From the NCBI RefSeq assembly GCF_006345805.1, contig NC_042999.1, positions 88,970,001 through 89,034,000 of the forward strand: a DNA stretch of 64,000 nucleotides. Direction: 5' to 3'. Every line of letters begins with the position of its first letter. The stretch's first letter is position 1. The position numbers and the translations under genes were made by a program. Shown here in pieces: positions 13,161-25,936 of this stretch. A model generated the notes under the pieces. The model did not search any database. It saw only the letters and a list, made by a program, of their open reading frames with translations, and was not told where the DNA came from. Source of the DNA: Octopus sinensis. Taxonomy: Eukaryota.

Positions 13161-13683
13161 CATGATGAGTTCGTTTTTACATACATAATCTAGCGACCAC
13201 GAGAAAATATCCGAGATAATAATTTATGTTGCAAAGTTAATGTAACTGGAAAACAAAAATGGAAATACTTCCTTATGATTTTAATGATACTGTTTATGGT
13301 AAATTAAGTAATTTACATAAGACGACAAATAACTCAGTTACTTTCAGTTCTGCATCCTTTGAGATATGTAGACTAAGGGAGATCATTGATAGTTACTGAT
13401 CAGTCTAATCTGAGTTGCGTCCCTCAACTTTTCTCGCTAGTAAATAAGGATACTCGATTAATTTAGTAGAACTAAAAATAATCTGCATCTCTATGAATTA
13501 CATTGGAAAGGAAACCGAACAAAACAAGTGTTATTAGTGATCTGTAAGATGACATATAGGAACAAATATTATTTCGTCTTGTTTTTATTACATTTACGTC
13601 TCTTTTTTTTTTTTTAAGTCTTGTTTATTCTCTGTTGTTCACGTAAAAATGATTTCAGAAACTACGCTGTTGATTTATATATG

Positions 13684-14750
13684 TACGAGGGGTGTATGAA
13701 CAGTTTTGAGCCTCAAAAAGACAAAACACAGTACAAGACTTCTGATGATTTATTTTTCAACATAGTCCCCCTCGATGGCTGAACACTTTCTCCAGCGGTG
13801 CTGAAGCGCCATTATCCCGACGTAGAAGAAATCTTTTGTTTGAGACTCCACGAAACTACCTACAGCGTCTATGATGTCATTGTCACTGGCGAAATGGCGA
13901 CCAGCCAGGGCTTTTTTCATTTTGGGGAATAGATGAAAGTCAGAGGGGGTTAAGTCTGGCGAATAAGGTGGATGGGGAACAAGTTCGTATCCACAATCAC
14001 GAATTGTTGCCATGGCAACCACTGAGGTGTTGGCTGGAGCATTGTCGTGATGAAAAAGGTCTCCTCTGGTGAGCATTCCCGGACTTTTTTCTTTGATTGC
14101 TTCTCGGAGGCGTTTCAGTAGCTGTGAATAATACAGCCCTGTCACGGTTTGACCCTTTTCAAGGTAATCAATCAGCAAGACACCTTGAGAATCCCAAAAA
14201 ACTGACGCCATGACCTTGCCAGCTGAAGGAATGACCCTGGCCTTGTTTGGGGTAGGAGAAGATGTGTGCTTCCACTGCTTTGGTTGTTCTTTGATTTCAG
14301 GCTGGTAGTGATGAACCCAACTTTCGTTCATAGTAGTGAAACGAACAAGAAAATTCTCTTCATCGGCTTCAAACAGTTCCAGATTGCTCATGAACAAAGT
14401 GCACCTGGTGCGTTTCTGTTCAGGAGTCAAAAGGCGACGGACCCACCTTGCAGAAACCTTTGAGAACCCAAGTTCTTTTGTCACAATGTTGTCTGCTCTT
14501 TCAGTTGAGATGCCCAGTCTCTTGGCTATCTAACGACATGATATTCGACGATCTTGCATTATCATACCAAGAGCAAGGTCAATGTTGTCCTGTGGTTGCA
14601 GTTGGAGGTCTCCCTGGTGTGGGATTATCTTCCACACTCTCCCTGCCACGCTTGATTTCATTTACCCAGCGTTTGACTGTTGCATATGAAAGAGAATTGT
14701 TTGTTAAGGTGCTAACCATATCTTCATGGATTGTCTGTTTAGGTTCTGAC
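13684..14750 (-). pseudogene. Mariner transposase pseudogene with 3' TIR
   Basis: The 244-aa ORF has WVRRLL, TMNESW (first catalytic D changed to N), HHDNAPA and YSPDLTPSDFHLF. The N-terminal HTH (14579-14779) is frameshifted. The TA-flanked end cgaggggtg is at 13686. Confidence 0.95.
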
Positions 14751-14789
14751 CATCGGTTGTCAAGCGATGTTGGGGGCATTTTTTTTTTA

Positions 14790-14900
14790 AATGCTTACAG
14801 CACCCAGGTTTCCCAAGCGGTCACCCATGTAAGTACTCACTAGGCTCGACGTTGCTTAACTTCGGTGATCGGACGAGAACCCGTGCTTTCAACGTGATTG
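14790..14900 (-). pseudogene. 5S rRNA: 5S rRNA retrocopy, 5' truncated
   Basis: Minus strand reads cacgttgaaagcacgggttctcgtccgatcaccgaagttaagcaacgtcgagcctagtgagtacttacatgggtgaccgcttgggaaacctgggtgctgtaagc, followed by an A-tail. About the first 10 nt are missing. Confidence 0.9.
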
Positions 14901-14959
<59 letters not shown>

Positions 14960-14963
<4 letters not shown>

Positions 14964-15125
14964 TCGTTTCAGTCATCTTGACTGCGGCCATGCTGGAGCA
15001 CCGCCTTTAGTTGAGCAAATCAACCCCAGGACTTATTCTATCAGCACTTTTGCCAAACCACTAAGTTACGGGGGACATAAACACACCAGCATCGATGTCA
15101 AGCGATGTTGGGACAAACACGCACG

Positions 15126-15184
<59 letters not shown>

Positions 15185-15310
15185 GACGGGCTTCTTTCAG
15201 TTTCCATCTACCAAATCCACTCACAAGGCTTTGGTCGGCCCGAAGCTATAGTTAAAGGCACTTGCTCAAGGTGCCACGCAGTGGTACTGAACCTGGAACC
15301 ATGTGCTTGG
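14960..15310 (-). mobile_element. Composite CORE-type SINE
   Basis: Same architecture as 8130-8570. Confidence 0.8.
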
Positions 15311-15428
15311 GTGTGAAAGCGTGTGTTGAAACAGATATTGTTATAATTAGAGATGGTCATCGTTTGGCAATTATAGTGAGTGTGTTTAATTAGTAAATGA
15401 CCACCCCCTAATATAAGAATGCAACTAT

Positions 15429-15493
<65 letters not shown>

Positions 15494-15569
15494 GTGCACG
15501 TGTGTTATATATGCGTATGCATACATGTATGTGTATATGTGTGTAAATGTGTGAATATATTCCTTTTTT

Positions 15570-16100
15570 TTTCTACTCTAGGCACAAGGCCCGAAATTCT
15601 GGGGGAGAGGGCCAGTCGATTAGATCGACCCCTAGTATGATGAAAGGCAAAGTCGACCTCGGCGGAATTTGAACACAGAACGTAGCGGCAGACGAAATAC
15701 TTATTTCTTTACTACCCACAAGGGGCTAAACACAGAGAGGGCAAACAAGGACAGACAAACGGATTAAGTCGGTTATATCGACACCAGTGCGTAACTGGTA
15801 CTTATTTAATCGACCCCGAAAGGATGAAAGGCAAAGTCGACCTCGGCAGAATTTGAACTCAGAACGTAGAGACAGACGAAATACCTATTTCTTTATTACC
15901 CACAAGGAGCTAAACATAGAGGGGACAAACAAGGACAGACAGAGGCATTAAGTCGATTACATCGACCCCAGTGCGTAATTGGTACTTATTTTATCGACCG
16001 CGAAAGGATGAAAGGCAAAGTCGACCTCGGCAGAATTTGAACTCAGAATGTAGAGACAGACGAAAGACGGCTACGCATTTCGCCCGGCGGGCTAACGTTT
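15570..16100 (-). mobile_element. Head-to-tail SINE multimer (about three units)
   Basis: A ~180-bp unit is repeated, with junctions at gaaatac(c/t)tatttc. Confidence 0.8.
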
Positions 16101-17051
16101 CTGCCAGCTCGCCGCCTTAAATGTGTGAATATATTATATATGCATATGTATATACGTGTGTGTGTGTGTGTGTGTGTGTGTACGTACATACACACACATT
16201 GAGAAGGAAAGAGGAGAAGGAAAGAAATGAAAAGAGAGTATAGGCTGGTAACTACAGTAATAGATAGGTAAAGATACAGACAGATTGGTAGACAGGATTA
16301 GAGTTTGACAGGTAGTTAAATAGATAGGCATCTGTGTTGGGGAATAAATGGGAACTTATAGGAATATAAATTTGCATATGGGTAAGGAAGTGAGTAACAT
16401 AGGTGCGATCGCTTGCAAATTCAGGTTGGGCTGTTTAGCCATATGGTGCACGCACACGCACACACACGCACACACACACACACACACACAGATACACACG
16501 CGCTCGCACGGATAGACACAGGCAAGCACACATATGCACACATATATATATATACGCACAAACCTGCACACGCACAATCACGCACACATCCCTGTGGGTA
16601 CACACACACATACATGCACACACACATGCACTCTCTCTTTCTCACTTTCTGTTTCTGTTTCTCCCTCTCTCTCTCTCTCTTTTTCTCTTTCTCTTTCTAT
16701 CTCTCCCCCTCTATCTCTTTCACACACACAACACATACATGCACACACACATACACACACTCACACACATATACACACACACATACACACACATCGGCCT
16801 TGCACTCAAGATCGGAAGATCGTGGTTTTGATTCCTGGGCCGTGAGATGCGTTGTGCTTTTGAGTAAAACATTTCATTTCACTTTGGTCCAGTCTGCTCA
16901 GCTGTAACTGAATTACCCATACGACGGACTGGCGTCCTGTAAGTGACTACAGCCACTTACACTGCATGGAATCCGGGTAACAGGCCCTATAAGCCCTAGC
17001 ACCCGAGAAGTAATATCCGTTGGTTTAACTTCCTCACACACACATACATTA

Positions 17052-17090
<39 letters not shown>

Positions 17091-17785
17091 ATACGAGCAA
17101 AACGCCCCCCCCCCCGTCCAATGGACGGTGCTGAGTTGTCAAACATTTAAACCAAATTTTCTCAAAACAACTTGTCCGACCACCCTTTTGAGAAACACTG
17201 ATTTAACCTAAATTTGAGACAACGAAAGAAGAAATGAAGATAGACTTTTTTTATTCCAAAGAAAAAAACGATTTTATTCACGCAAATATGCAACAGAAAA
17301 GTTTAAAGTACCAGTAATAATAAGGCTGTTGACTGGGAGAACACAAACATGGTTCAAACAGTAAGCTTGGCAAGAAATAAACGTACCTTTAAGCAGTACA
17401 AAAACAACAAAAAATGGAAGGTGCAGTTATGTACAGGTTGACGGAAGAAAAGCAGGACAAAAACGATGCATGCAAATGGGTTAGCTGGAGGTATATCTAA
17501 ATGGAAAAGCATGATGAATTTACGAGAACGTACCTGGGACAATAATAAGTTTAGTGCATTTTTCTCGCGTACGCGTAGTATCGATCGCAACAGCTGATGT
17601 ACTTGCGCGTATAAATGCACGTTCCCACGGCTTTATCAATCGCATTCTCACCTGGAATCGATTTTTCTAATTTTTCCAAGACTTATACACGCCCTGATAC
17701 CGTCGGTAGCTACATATCAAATTTGAGTGCAATCGGATGGAGGATGCCCGAGATCCTAGAAGACACAGACAGACAGAACGGATTT

Positions 17786-17790
<5 letters not shown>
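17091..17790. mobile_element. Helitron/Helentron-like non-autonomous element (HINE/DINE-like)
   Basis: Inserted in TA/TCTA repeats; the end caaatttgagtgcaatcgg...agacagacag...ttttatata resembles DINE-1/HINE termini. Confidence 0.4.
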
Positions 17791-17816
<26 letters not shown>

Positions 17817-17914
17817 ACGGGAAGCTTTATGAAAATAAACAAAAGACGAAGGCAGGTGGAAAACAAACGAACAATTGTATTAGTATGGCGCTCAGGAAAT
17901 ATAAATAAAACAAG

Positions 17915-17952
17915 TCTTTAACGTTTCGAGCCTACGCTCTTCAACAGAAAGA
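17915..17952 (-). ncRNA. Minimal type I hammerhead-like motif (variant core) in a Penelope-like repeat
   Basis: UCUUU-CUGUUGA-A-GAGC(GUAG)GCUC-GAAAC-GUU-AAAGA: 5-bp stem I, 4-bp stem II, palindromic stem III (ACGU). Core A6 is changed to U. Confidence 0.5.
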
Positions 17953-18002
17953 TACACAGAGAGAGAAAAAAACACAGAAAGAAGGAGAGAAAAAAATATA
18001 TG

Positions 18003-18065
<63 letters not shown>

Positions 18066-18127
18066 TATATGTATATATATATATATATATGTATTATATA
18101 TATATATATATGTATATATGTATATAT

Positions 18128-18179
<52 letters not shown>

Positions 18180-18192
18180 CACATACATATAT

Positions 18193-18373
18193 AGGCACAG
18201 GAGTGGCTGTGTGGTAAGTAGCTTGCTAACCAACCACATGGTTCCGGGTTCAGTCCCACTGCGTGGCATCTTGGGCAAGTGTCTTCTGCTATAGCCCCGG
18301 GCCGACCAATGCCTTGTGAGTGGATTTGTAGACGGAAACTGAAAGAAGTCGTATATATGTATGTATATATATA

Positions 18374-18433
<60 letters not shown>

Positions 18434-18632
18434 TTGTGTGTCTGTGTTTGTCCCCCTAGCATTGCTTGACAACACCTGTGCTGGTGTGTTTACGTCCCCG
18501 TCACAGAGCGGTTCGGCAAAAGAGACCGATAGAATAAGTACTGGGCTTACAAAGAATAAGTCCCGGGGTCGATTTGCTCCACTAAAGGCGGTGCTCCAGC
18601 ATGGCCGCAGTCAAATGACTGAAACAAGTAAA
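18193..18632 (+). mobile_element. Full composite CORE-type SINE
   Basis: Head ggcacaggagtggctgtgtggtaag, CORE-like segment, internal (TA)/(TG), 3' module. Near-identical copies at ~30990-31360 and ~51655-52130. Confidence 0.9.
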
Positions 18633-18688
18633 AAAGTTTTTAAAAAAAAGTAAAAGTATATATGTATGTATGTATCTATATATGTATG

Positions 18689-18727
<39 letters not shown>

Positions 18728-18869
18728 ATATATATATATATAATATACGAAGTTAGTTCAGTATATATGCAAGTTTAGATAAGTAAGCCCTACGTGACAT
18801 AGGAAAATTTATATAGGGAGTACTATTGATTTTATAAATAGATATAGGGGACTCAAGAATAAATTTATT

Positions 18870-19090
18870 CACCCCAATATAAAACTTTTTTTTCGAACAA
18901 CGATAGAAACAAATAGAGAAATGAGAAGGCAACATAAAGAACAATCCCTTCATCAGTTGTCCGCGTTGGGACAAGACGCGACTACGTTAAAACAGTCGTT
19001 CCCGCAAAGCAAATTAAATAAAATTTGGGATTTGCGGAGGGTTCAAGTGGTATCAAAAACAGGACAGTAAGAACAAAACAGTAAAAACAA
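18870..19090 (-). mobile_element. Penelope-like repeat carrying an internally deleted copy of the permuted HHR motif
   Basis: Minus strand cgcgtc-ttgtcc-caacgc-ggacaa-ctgatgaaggg; homologous to 57595-57830 but lacking the GAAA strand. Confidence 0.6.
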
Positions 19091-19099
19091 AAGGTAAAG

Positions 19100-19400
19100 A
19101 ACAGCTCATGATTATTATGCCAAGTTAAAAAATGGAAATTTGGACCTCAAAGACGCACCTCGTTCTGACCCTCCAGTTGAGTTTGATGAAGAACGATTAA
19201 ACCAACTTTTGCACGAAAATTCTCGTCAAACGATAAGGGAACTTGCAGAGAAAATGGAATGCTCCCACAATAGAGAAGCATCTTCACTCGATGGGAAAGG
19301 TTCAGAAGTATGGAGCATTGATTGGTTCCACATGCTTTAAGTGACAACAACAAAAATCAACGGGCCACAATCTCCGCTGGTTTGCTTGCTCGTCACCGCT
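19100..19400 (+). mobile_element. Mariner fragment
   Basis: LDLKDAPRSDPPVEFDEERLNQLLHENSRQTIRELAEKMECSH. Confidence 0.75.
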
Positions 19401-19829
19401 CAACTCGTTTTTTTATTAGCCACAAGGTTCCAAAATAGAGGGGGACAAACAAGAACAGACAGGACACCACAGAAGAAGACAATATATAAAACAAATAGGA
19501 ATGAGATGGTTATATTACAAAGAGGTTATGAATGGCTGCATGCGCCCCTCATCACATGTAATACCATTAATCTTTTCTTTTTTGCAGTCCATTATTATCA
19601 TGTATTTACATAACAATTAATTATTATGTTACATACCATTGCAAGTATATGAACCGTTATATACATTATCTACAATTGTTCTTCTATTTTTCAATATTTT
19701 TTAAAACATATAAACCACTTTACTCTTTCTTTTTTTTTTTTTTTTTCCTTTTTCCCTCTTTCCTTTTTCCTGTCAGTTTAACATACTTATCTTTTTAATA
19801 GTACTTCATCAATGGTTCAATTTCTATTA

Positions 19830-20410
19830 AGTCCACTACTGGTGGCAATTCTTTGAATTCCACCCTTACTCCTGGTGGGTCAATACTATATCCACACATT
19901 TCTTCCAGTTTCTTGAAATTTTCCTTTTTCGATCACTATCGCCTTCATATCCTCTGCATATATGTATGATGGTACTTTCACTCTTATTATTTGATTAAAC
20001 TTGACTCTCTTCTTCTCTGTTTCTACATTCTTTGGGTACGTCACGTAATACCATACTCCATTTCCTCCCTGTATTCTCTTTCCTTTATTTTGGACTCTTT
20101 GTTCTCTCTTTTCCTCCTCCACTCTGAATAGTCTCTCCACCTCCTCTTCGGCCAGTTGAATTTGCCAATCCTTTCCCACCTGACCAACTAGTATCTTTAC
20201 TTGTCACTCCATTTTTTTTTTACTTTCTTTCTCTGTCGCCCTTTTGTCTTCCTTCCTGCTGACATCCTTCACAGTTTCTTTTCTCAATATCTTCTCTCTT
20301 CTTTTTTTACCACAGTAAAATCATCCTCTGTTTCTTTTTCATTTGTCTCGACCTGTTCTACCTGGTCCATGCTCTCTTGTCTCTCCACCTGCTCTGCTTG
20401 TTGCTTTTTT
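19830..20410 (-). mobile_element. Degraded ORF1-like region, probably from a LINE
   Basis: Charged, frameshifted reading (MDQVEQVETNEKETEDDFTVVKKRREK...FNQIIRVKVPSYIYAEDMK...EEMCGYSIDPPGVRVEF), preceded by a tandem-repeat 5' region. No diagnostic domain was recognised. Confidence 0.35.
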
Positions 20411-21075
20411 TGGGTGGTGGACAGTCACTCCAATGACGCCCAGATCGAGATCTGGTCGCCATTGCATTGCCTGTGGCGCTGTAGTGGTGGACAGTCACCC
20501 CAATGGCGCCCAGATCTGCTCTCCTAGATCGCCCCGTCCGCTCTCCTAGATTGCCCGGTCTGCTCTCCTAAATCGCCCGTTTGCTCTCCTAGATCGCCGA
20601 CGATTGACCATGCAAATGAAAGCTGTAAACACGGGCTACATGCAACTGTGAATTGCTTTCAGAAAAAATTTTAATTAAAAAATAAACATCGCGTCGCGTC
20701 GGGTCACTTCATGTCGGGTCACGTCACGTCGCAACACAACACAACACACCACCAGCGCCACTGTCAAGATTTGTGGCGCCGTAGTGGTGGATCTGATCAC
20801 CATTGCGTTGCCTGTGGCGCTGTAATGGTGGACAGTCACCCCAATGGCGCCCATATCAAGATCTGGTCGCCATTGCGTTGCCTGTGGTACCGTAGTGGTG
20901 GACAGTCACTCCAATGACGCCCAGATCGAGATCTGGTCGCCATTGCATTGCCTGTGGCGCCGTAGTGGTAGACAGTCACCCCAATGACGCCCAGATCTGC
21001 TCTCCTAGATCGCCCCATCTGCTCTCCTAGATCGCCCCGTCTGCTCTCCCAGATTGCCCGGTTTGCTCTCCTAGA
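20411..21075. repeat. GC-rich composite minisatellite (70-bp and 22-bp units)
   Basis: 70-bp unit ggtggacagtcac... at 20416, 20486, 20827, 20897 and 20967; the 22-bp unit ctgctctcctagatcgccccgt is repeated 3-4 times at the end of each block. Confidence 0.9.
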
Positions 21076-21247
21076 TCTATCTATATATATATATATATAT
21101 AACCATGTATGCATATACATATTATATATTACACACACACACACATACACACACACATATATATATATACATACATATATATATATACATACATATCTAA
21201 ATATGCTTATACATATTATGTACATATATACATACATATATATACAT

Positions 21248-21318
<71 letters not shown>

Positions 21319-22334
21319 GTGTGTGTGTGTGTGTGTGTGTATACACACACAACATACATACACACATACCCATAAATGTACACCGCAAATTTAATAGTCA
21401 CCTACCCTCACAACTCTCCCTTCCCATATATCCACTCTCTTACCCTCACTCTGTCACTCACTCACTCACTCTCTTTCTCTTTTTCACTTAGCCTACCTCT
21501 CTTGTTCTCTCCTCCTACCACACAAAGTTACATAGCCGCACATATCGTATAGAGCATTTACTAGTTAGTCTCCACCTGCTTTGATTGAGCCACAATTAAA
21601 TCTCCTTATAGATAAGACACTGATATTCCGACATTAATTTAGTTGTCTGACCTCGGACATTCAAGAGCTTATGGAGACATTCAGACTGTAATGTTTCGTC
21701 TTCTTATTTACCGTTATTAGCTTGTTTACGTAGTCAATGAATACATGAAGTAGCCGACGCCGTTAATGTCGGTGTGGATGTGTGTGTGGTAGTGGAAGTA
21801 TTGATAGTGTTGTAGCTGTTGCTATTATTATTATTGGTGGTGGTGCTGGTGCTGGTGCTGGTGATGGTAGTGGAGGATTTGATGGTGATACTGTCATGGT
21901 GGTGGTGGTGGTGGTTGTGTTTGTTGCAGTTGTTGGTTGGTTAGCTCTAGGTCAAATCTGACAAAACGGATCTGTGATCATTTTGTCTTTTGGCGGGTAG
22001 TTACGGCTGCATTCATTAGCCAATGTTTCCTTTTTAGCCCCACCATTTTCTTTTTTTTTTTATTCGAGGCAGTAGAGAGTGATTTGGAGGAGATTTGGCT
22101 GCTATTTCTGGCATATTGAGCGACAACGTAGAAGCAAGCAAAATGGAAACTAAGAGCGCAACTGGTGGTGGGAGAGGGGTCAATCTGCCCCGAGCGATAA
22201 TTTAATGGAAGTAGCACTTTTGGGTCTACTGTATAAGCTTGGATCTGTTGTATATGCTTTGGGGCCCATAGAGGTGGGTAAAAATTGAGAGCTGCTCCAG
22301 GTGACAAACGCTCTCGGTCAGTGGTTCGCAACCG

Positions 22335-22565
22335 GAGGAGCTGGCAGAAACGTTAGCACGCCGGGCGAAATGCGTAGCCGTATTTCGTCAGCCGTTACGT
22401 TCTGAGTTCAAATTCCGCCGAGGTCGACTTTGCCTTTCATCCTTTCGGGGTCGATGAATTAAGTACCAGTTACGCACTGGGGTCGATGTAATCGACTTAA
22501 TCCGTTTGTCTGTCCTTATTTGTCCCCTCTGTGTTTAGCCCCTTGTGGGTAGTAAAGAAATAGGT
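22335..22565 (+). mobile_element. tRNA-derived SINE, near full length
   Basis: gagctggcagaaacgttagcacg...gagttcaaattcc...gcctttcatcctttcggggtcgat...ggtagtaaagaaatagg. Confidence 0.85.
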
Positions 22566-23456
22566 TATATTTTTACAATACACAAAATATTTTAATGATT
22601 TTTTTAAAATACAATTCCTAATAATATTTAATTATAAAAATGTCAAAGGGGTCCACTGGTGAAAAAAAAGGGTTGATAAACACTACTGGTGGGAGCCTAT
22701 ATGTAGTCATTCGATCTGCTAGTAATAGCAAGTAAATATCTTGCCAATTATATTCCAACTCATTAGAAAAGGACATACCAGATAATGGTTTCAAATTTTG
22801 GGGGACTGGATGAGTCGATTACATCGACCACAGTGTTTAACTGGAACTTATTTTATCGACCCCGTAAGGATGAAAAGTAAAGTCGACCTCGGCGAAATTT
22901 GAACTCAAAACTTACCAACGGGCGAAACACTGCTAAGCATTCGTCCAGCGCGCTAACGATTCTGCCAGCTTGCTGCTTTGGCCATACCAGATAATGTCTG
23001 TAGACATGTATTCTCGATACTTGAAAAGCTGGTAGGATGGTCACGGCTGGAAGACCTTAACTCATAGATCAGCTCCCTGGGGCTAAGCAACAACAAAAGC
23101 ACCCACGAAGTAGCTTTAACTTTATGGTCGTTGTTGTTTGGTCCTAGGTCTACTCAATCAGAGCAGACCTTCGATAAAGGGTATTCCAGCCATGACCATT
23201 CCTCTATATGTTCTTTACTAAAAACATCTGGGTATGGCATGAAGGAGATTTAGCTGCTGTTTTTAGTAGATCATGCAACTGTATAAAGCAGTGCTTCTCT
23301 TTTTTTTTTGTTAGATATCCGTCTATATTTTACAAAGTTTTTTAACGTCCCACCACCACTACCACCATGCTGCAAAAATGATGACGAAGCGTGGACGGGA
23401 GTCATCGTTTTTAATATATCCCACACGCTACCATTTTTAATGTCATTAAGTTCCAG

Positions 23457-23507
23457 GTATTGGTTTGAGGCAGGGTGGGAGACTACTCGCCACACCACAG
23501 CCCTCCC
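23457..23507 (+). CDS. Candidate internal exon of an unidentified host gene ((R)YWFEAGWETTRHTTALP)
   Basis: ttaagttccag acceptor and consensus CC|gtaagt donor, 51 nt, phase 2-2. An alternative upstream acceptor at 23314/23315 also keeps the frame open. Confidence 0.45.
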
Positions 23508-24819
23508 GTAAGTGAATATTACAAGAAGAGGTGGTATATATTCGAATTTGAGCATACCTAAGCAAGTGTACTTCTCCCCTACTGACTTTATTTCCTCATA
23601 CCTTTGAGATCACGATTATATCAGAATTTAATGTGAAAAAAGAAAGTGTGGACGCGCACACATACATACTAACACACATCATATAATGTTTTCAAAACTT
23701 AAAATTTCGTTATGTCGATATATATATATGTGATGTGTGTCTGTGTGTACGTAAGCAGTTCCACCTTTGGATTTTTTCATTTTAAATTCCGATACTATCG
23801 GAATTTACATCATCTGAAAGGTTCTGGGTTCAATCCTACTGCGTTGTACCTTCGGCAAGCGTCTTCTACTATAGCTTCGAGTAGTCCAAAGGCTTGTGAG
23901 TGGATTTAGTAGACGGAAACTGAAAAACCGTCATGTGAGTGTGTGTGTTGTGTGTTGTGTGAGTGAGTGTGTGTTGTGTGTTGGGGGGCGTTTGTTCTCC
24001 ACTACCGCTTGAGAACTAGTGTTAGTTTGTTTACATCCCATAATATTAGCGGTTCGGCAAAAAGACCAATTGAATAAGTACTCGATTGAAAAATAAATAA
24101 ATAAGTACTGGGGTCTATTAATTCAACAAAAATTCTTCAAGGTAGTGTACCAGCATGGTCGCAGTCAAATGACTGAAAAGAGCAAATGATAAAAGATGAA
24201 AGATTTTTCTGAAAGTTATGAGGAAAATAAGTCGGAGTGTGGCTATACCCGGTTTTTGTTTATCTATTTATTCATATTTCTCAGTCTGTTATTACTCTTC
24301 ATGTTAAAGAAGCGAGCTGGTTGAATCGTTAACACGCCGGACTCAATGCTTAGCGGCGTTTCGTCCGGCTTTACGTTAAAAGTTCAAATTCCGCCGAGGT
24401 CAACTTTGCTTTTCATTCTTTCGAGGTCGATGAAATAAGTACCAATCAGGCACTGGGGTCAATGTAATCGACTTAGACCCTCCCCAGAAATTCTTGCCCT
24501 TGTGCCAAAATTTGAAAGCATAATGTGGCTAGCTGGCAAAATCGTTAGAACGCTGATCAAAATGCCTAGAGACATTTCGTCCGTCTGTTCAAATTACGCC
24601 GAGGTCGACTTTGCTTTTTATCTTTTCGGGTGGATAAAATAAGTAGAGGAGACCGGGTCTAGTTGTTACGTTTTTCATTTTTTTTGCCTTGGCACCCACA
24701 TAAATGAGCACAACTGAAGTTTCTTTTCAGGTTTAATTAGTAAAACATCTCTATTTATTGTTATCATCAGCAAAAAACAGCAATTACATAACATTAATTA
24801 GACAGGTTCTAATTAATGA

Positions 24820-25690
24820 GGTAGCGTCAGCTGTAACAATTTTCCCCGAGTGCGGGGTACGTTGTGACATTTACTGGAGTTCTTTGTTACAACTGTCGAT
24901 AACTTGGAGTTATGTTAACAAACAAGTTTAAAATGAATACGTCGCCTGCTTCTTGCATATAGGAAGTATTAATTTAATTAATTAACTGTGCTTTGAACTA
25001 CCTCATATCCTAACTGTGATACTGAGAGTCCTCATCAGCCAATTTCCCCATTGTTACATGTGCTATCTAGTCGGAATCGTTCTCCATTAACTTTTCACCA
25101 CACAGATCACACAGAAAGTCCTGTCGTCCATTGACACAGTCAGTGTGTGCCCAGTCTTTGCAGATAATGCATTGCACCCATTCTTCACCTGGAAGGGAGT
25201 TGGAATATCAATCTGAGCAGACAAGGCATTTCCAATCGGTGACTTGCTTGCTGCGAGGCTGCTTCCATTTACCTTTACCTGTTTTAGTTGACTTTCCCTT
25301 CCCCTTTGTTGCCCTTTCTGTACCAGTTGCCTTTGGTTTGGATTTCCGTTCGTTTATTTCATCCACTATGCGCTGTTTTACGGCAACATCCCGTAATGAT
25401 TTCTTTTCACCCACAACTTTTCTAGCGTCTCTTTCCATGACATCAGAGGGGGGTAAGTTGTTATATGCCTGGGGTAAGTTGATACATTATAACAATTAGC
25501 CCTGGCCATGGATTTCTGGGAACTGAAACCATCAAGAACAATGTACCGGCTGCACAAGAGTCGCAATAACCGAGTACAAAAGCAGACATGACAGAATAGG
25601 ACGGAACATCTGTCGTCGTTAAGACATTCCTCTTCCTAAAAACTGGTATGAACATCATCCGAAAAAACTTATTCTTGTAGATGCACACCT
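24820..25690 (-). mobile_element. Deleted pogo/Tigger-like DNA transposon remnant with a C-terminal PHD finger
   Basis: WKCLVCSD*YSNSLPGEEWVQCIICKDWAHTDCVNGRQDFLCDLC shows C4HC3 spacing with one stop, after a Lys-rich linker. A ggggtaagttg motif, resembling subterminal repeats, occurs twice at ~25450-25480. Confidence 0.6.
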
Positions 25691-25833
25691 ATCATATACA
25701 CACACATACACACACAATCACATACACACATATATATACAAGTGCATATATATATATACATACACATACACATACATATACATAGGTATATATATTGTGT
25801 GTATGTATACATACATATGTATAATATATTATA

Positions 25834-25936
<103 letters not shown>

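Noticed and set aside
20411-21075. Regular repeats superficially like a CRISPR array
   Set aside because: Units are contiguous with no unique spacers, there are no cas genes, and the context is eukaryotic; it is a minisatellite.
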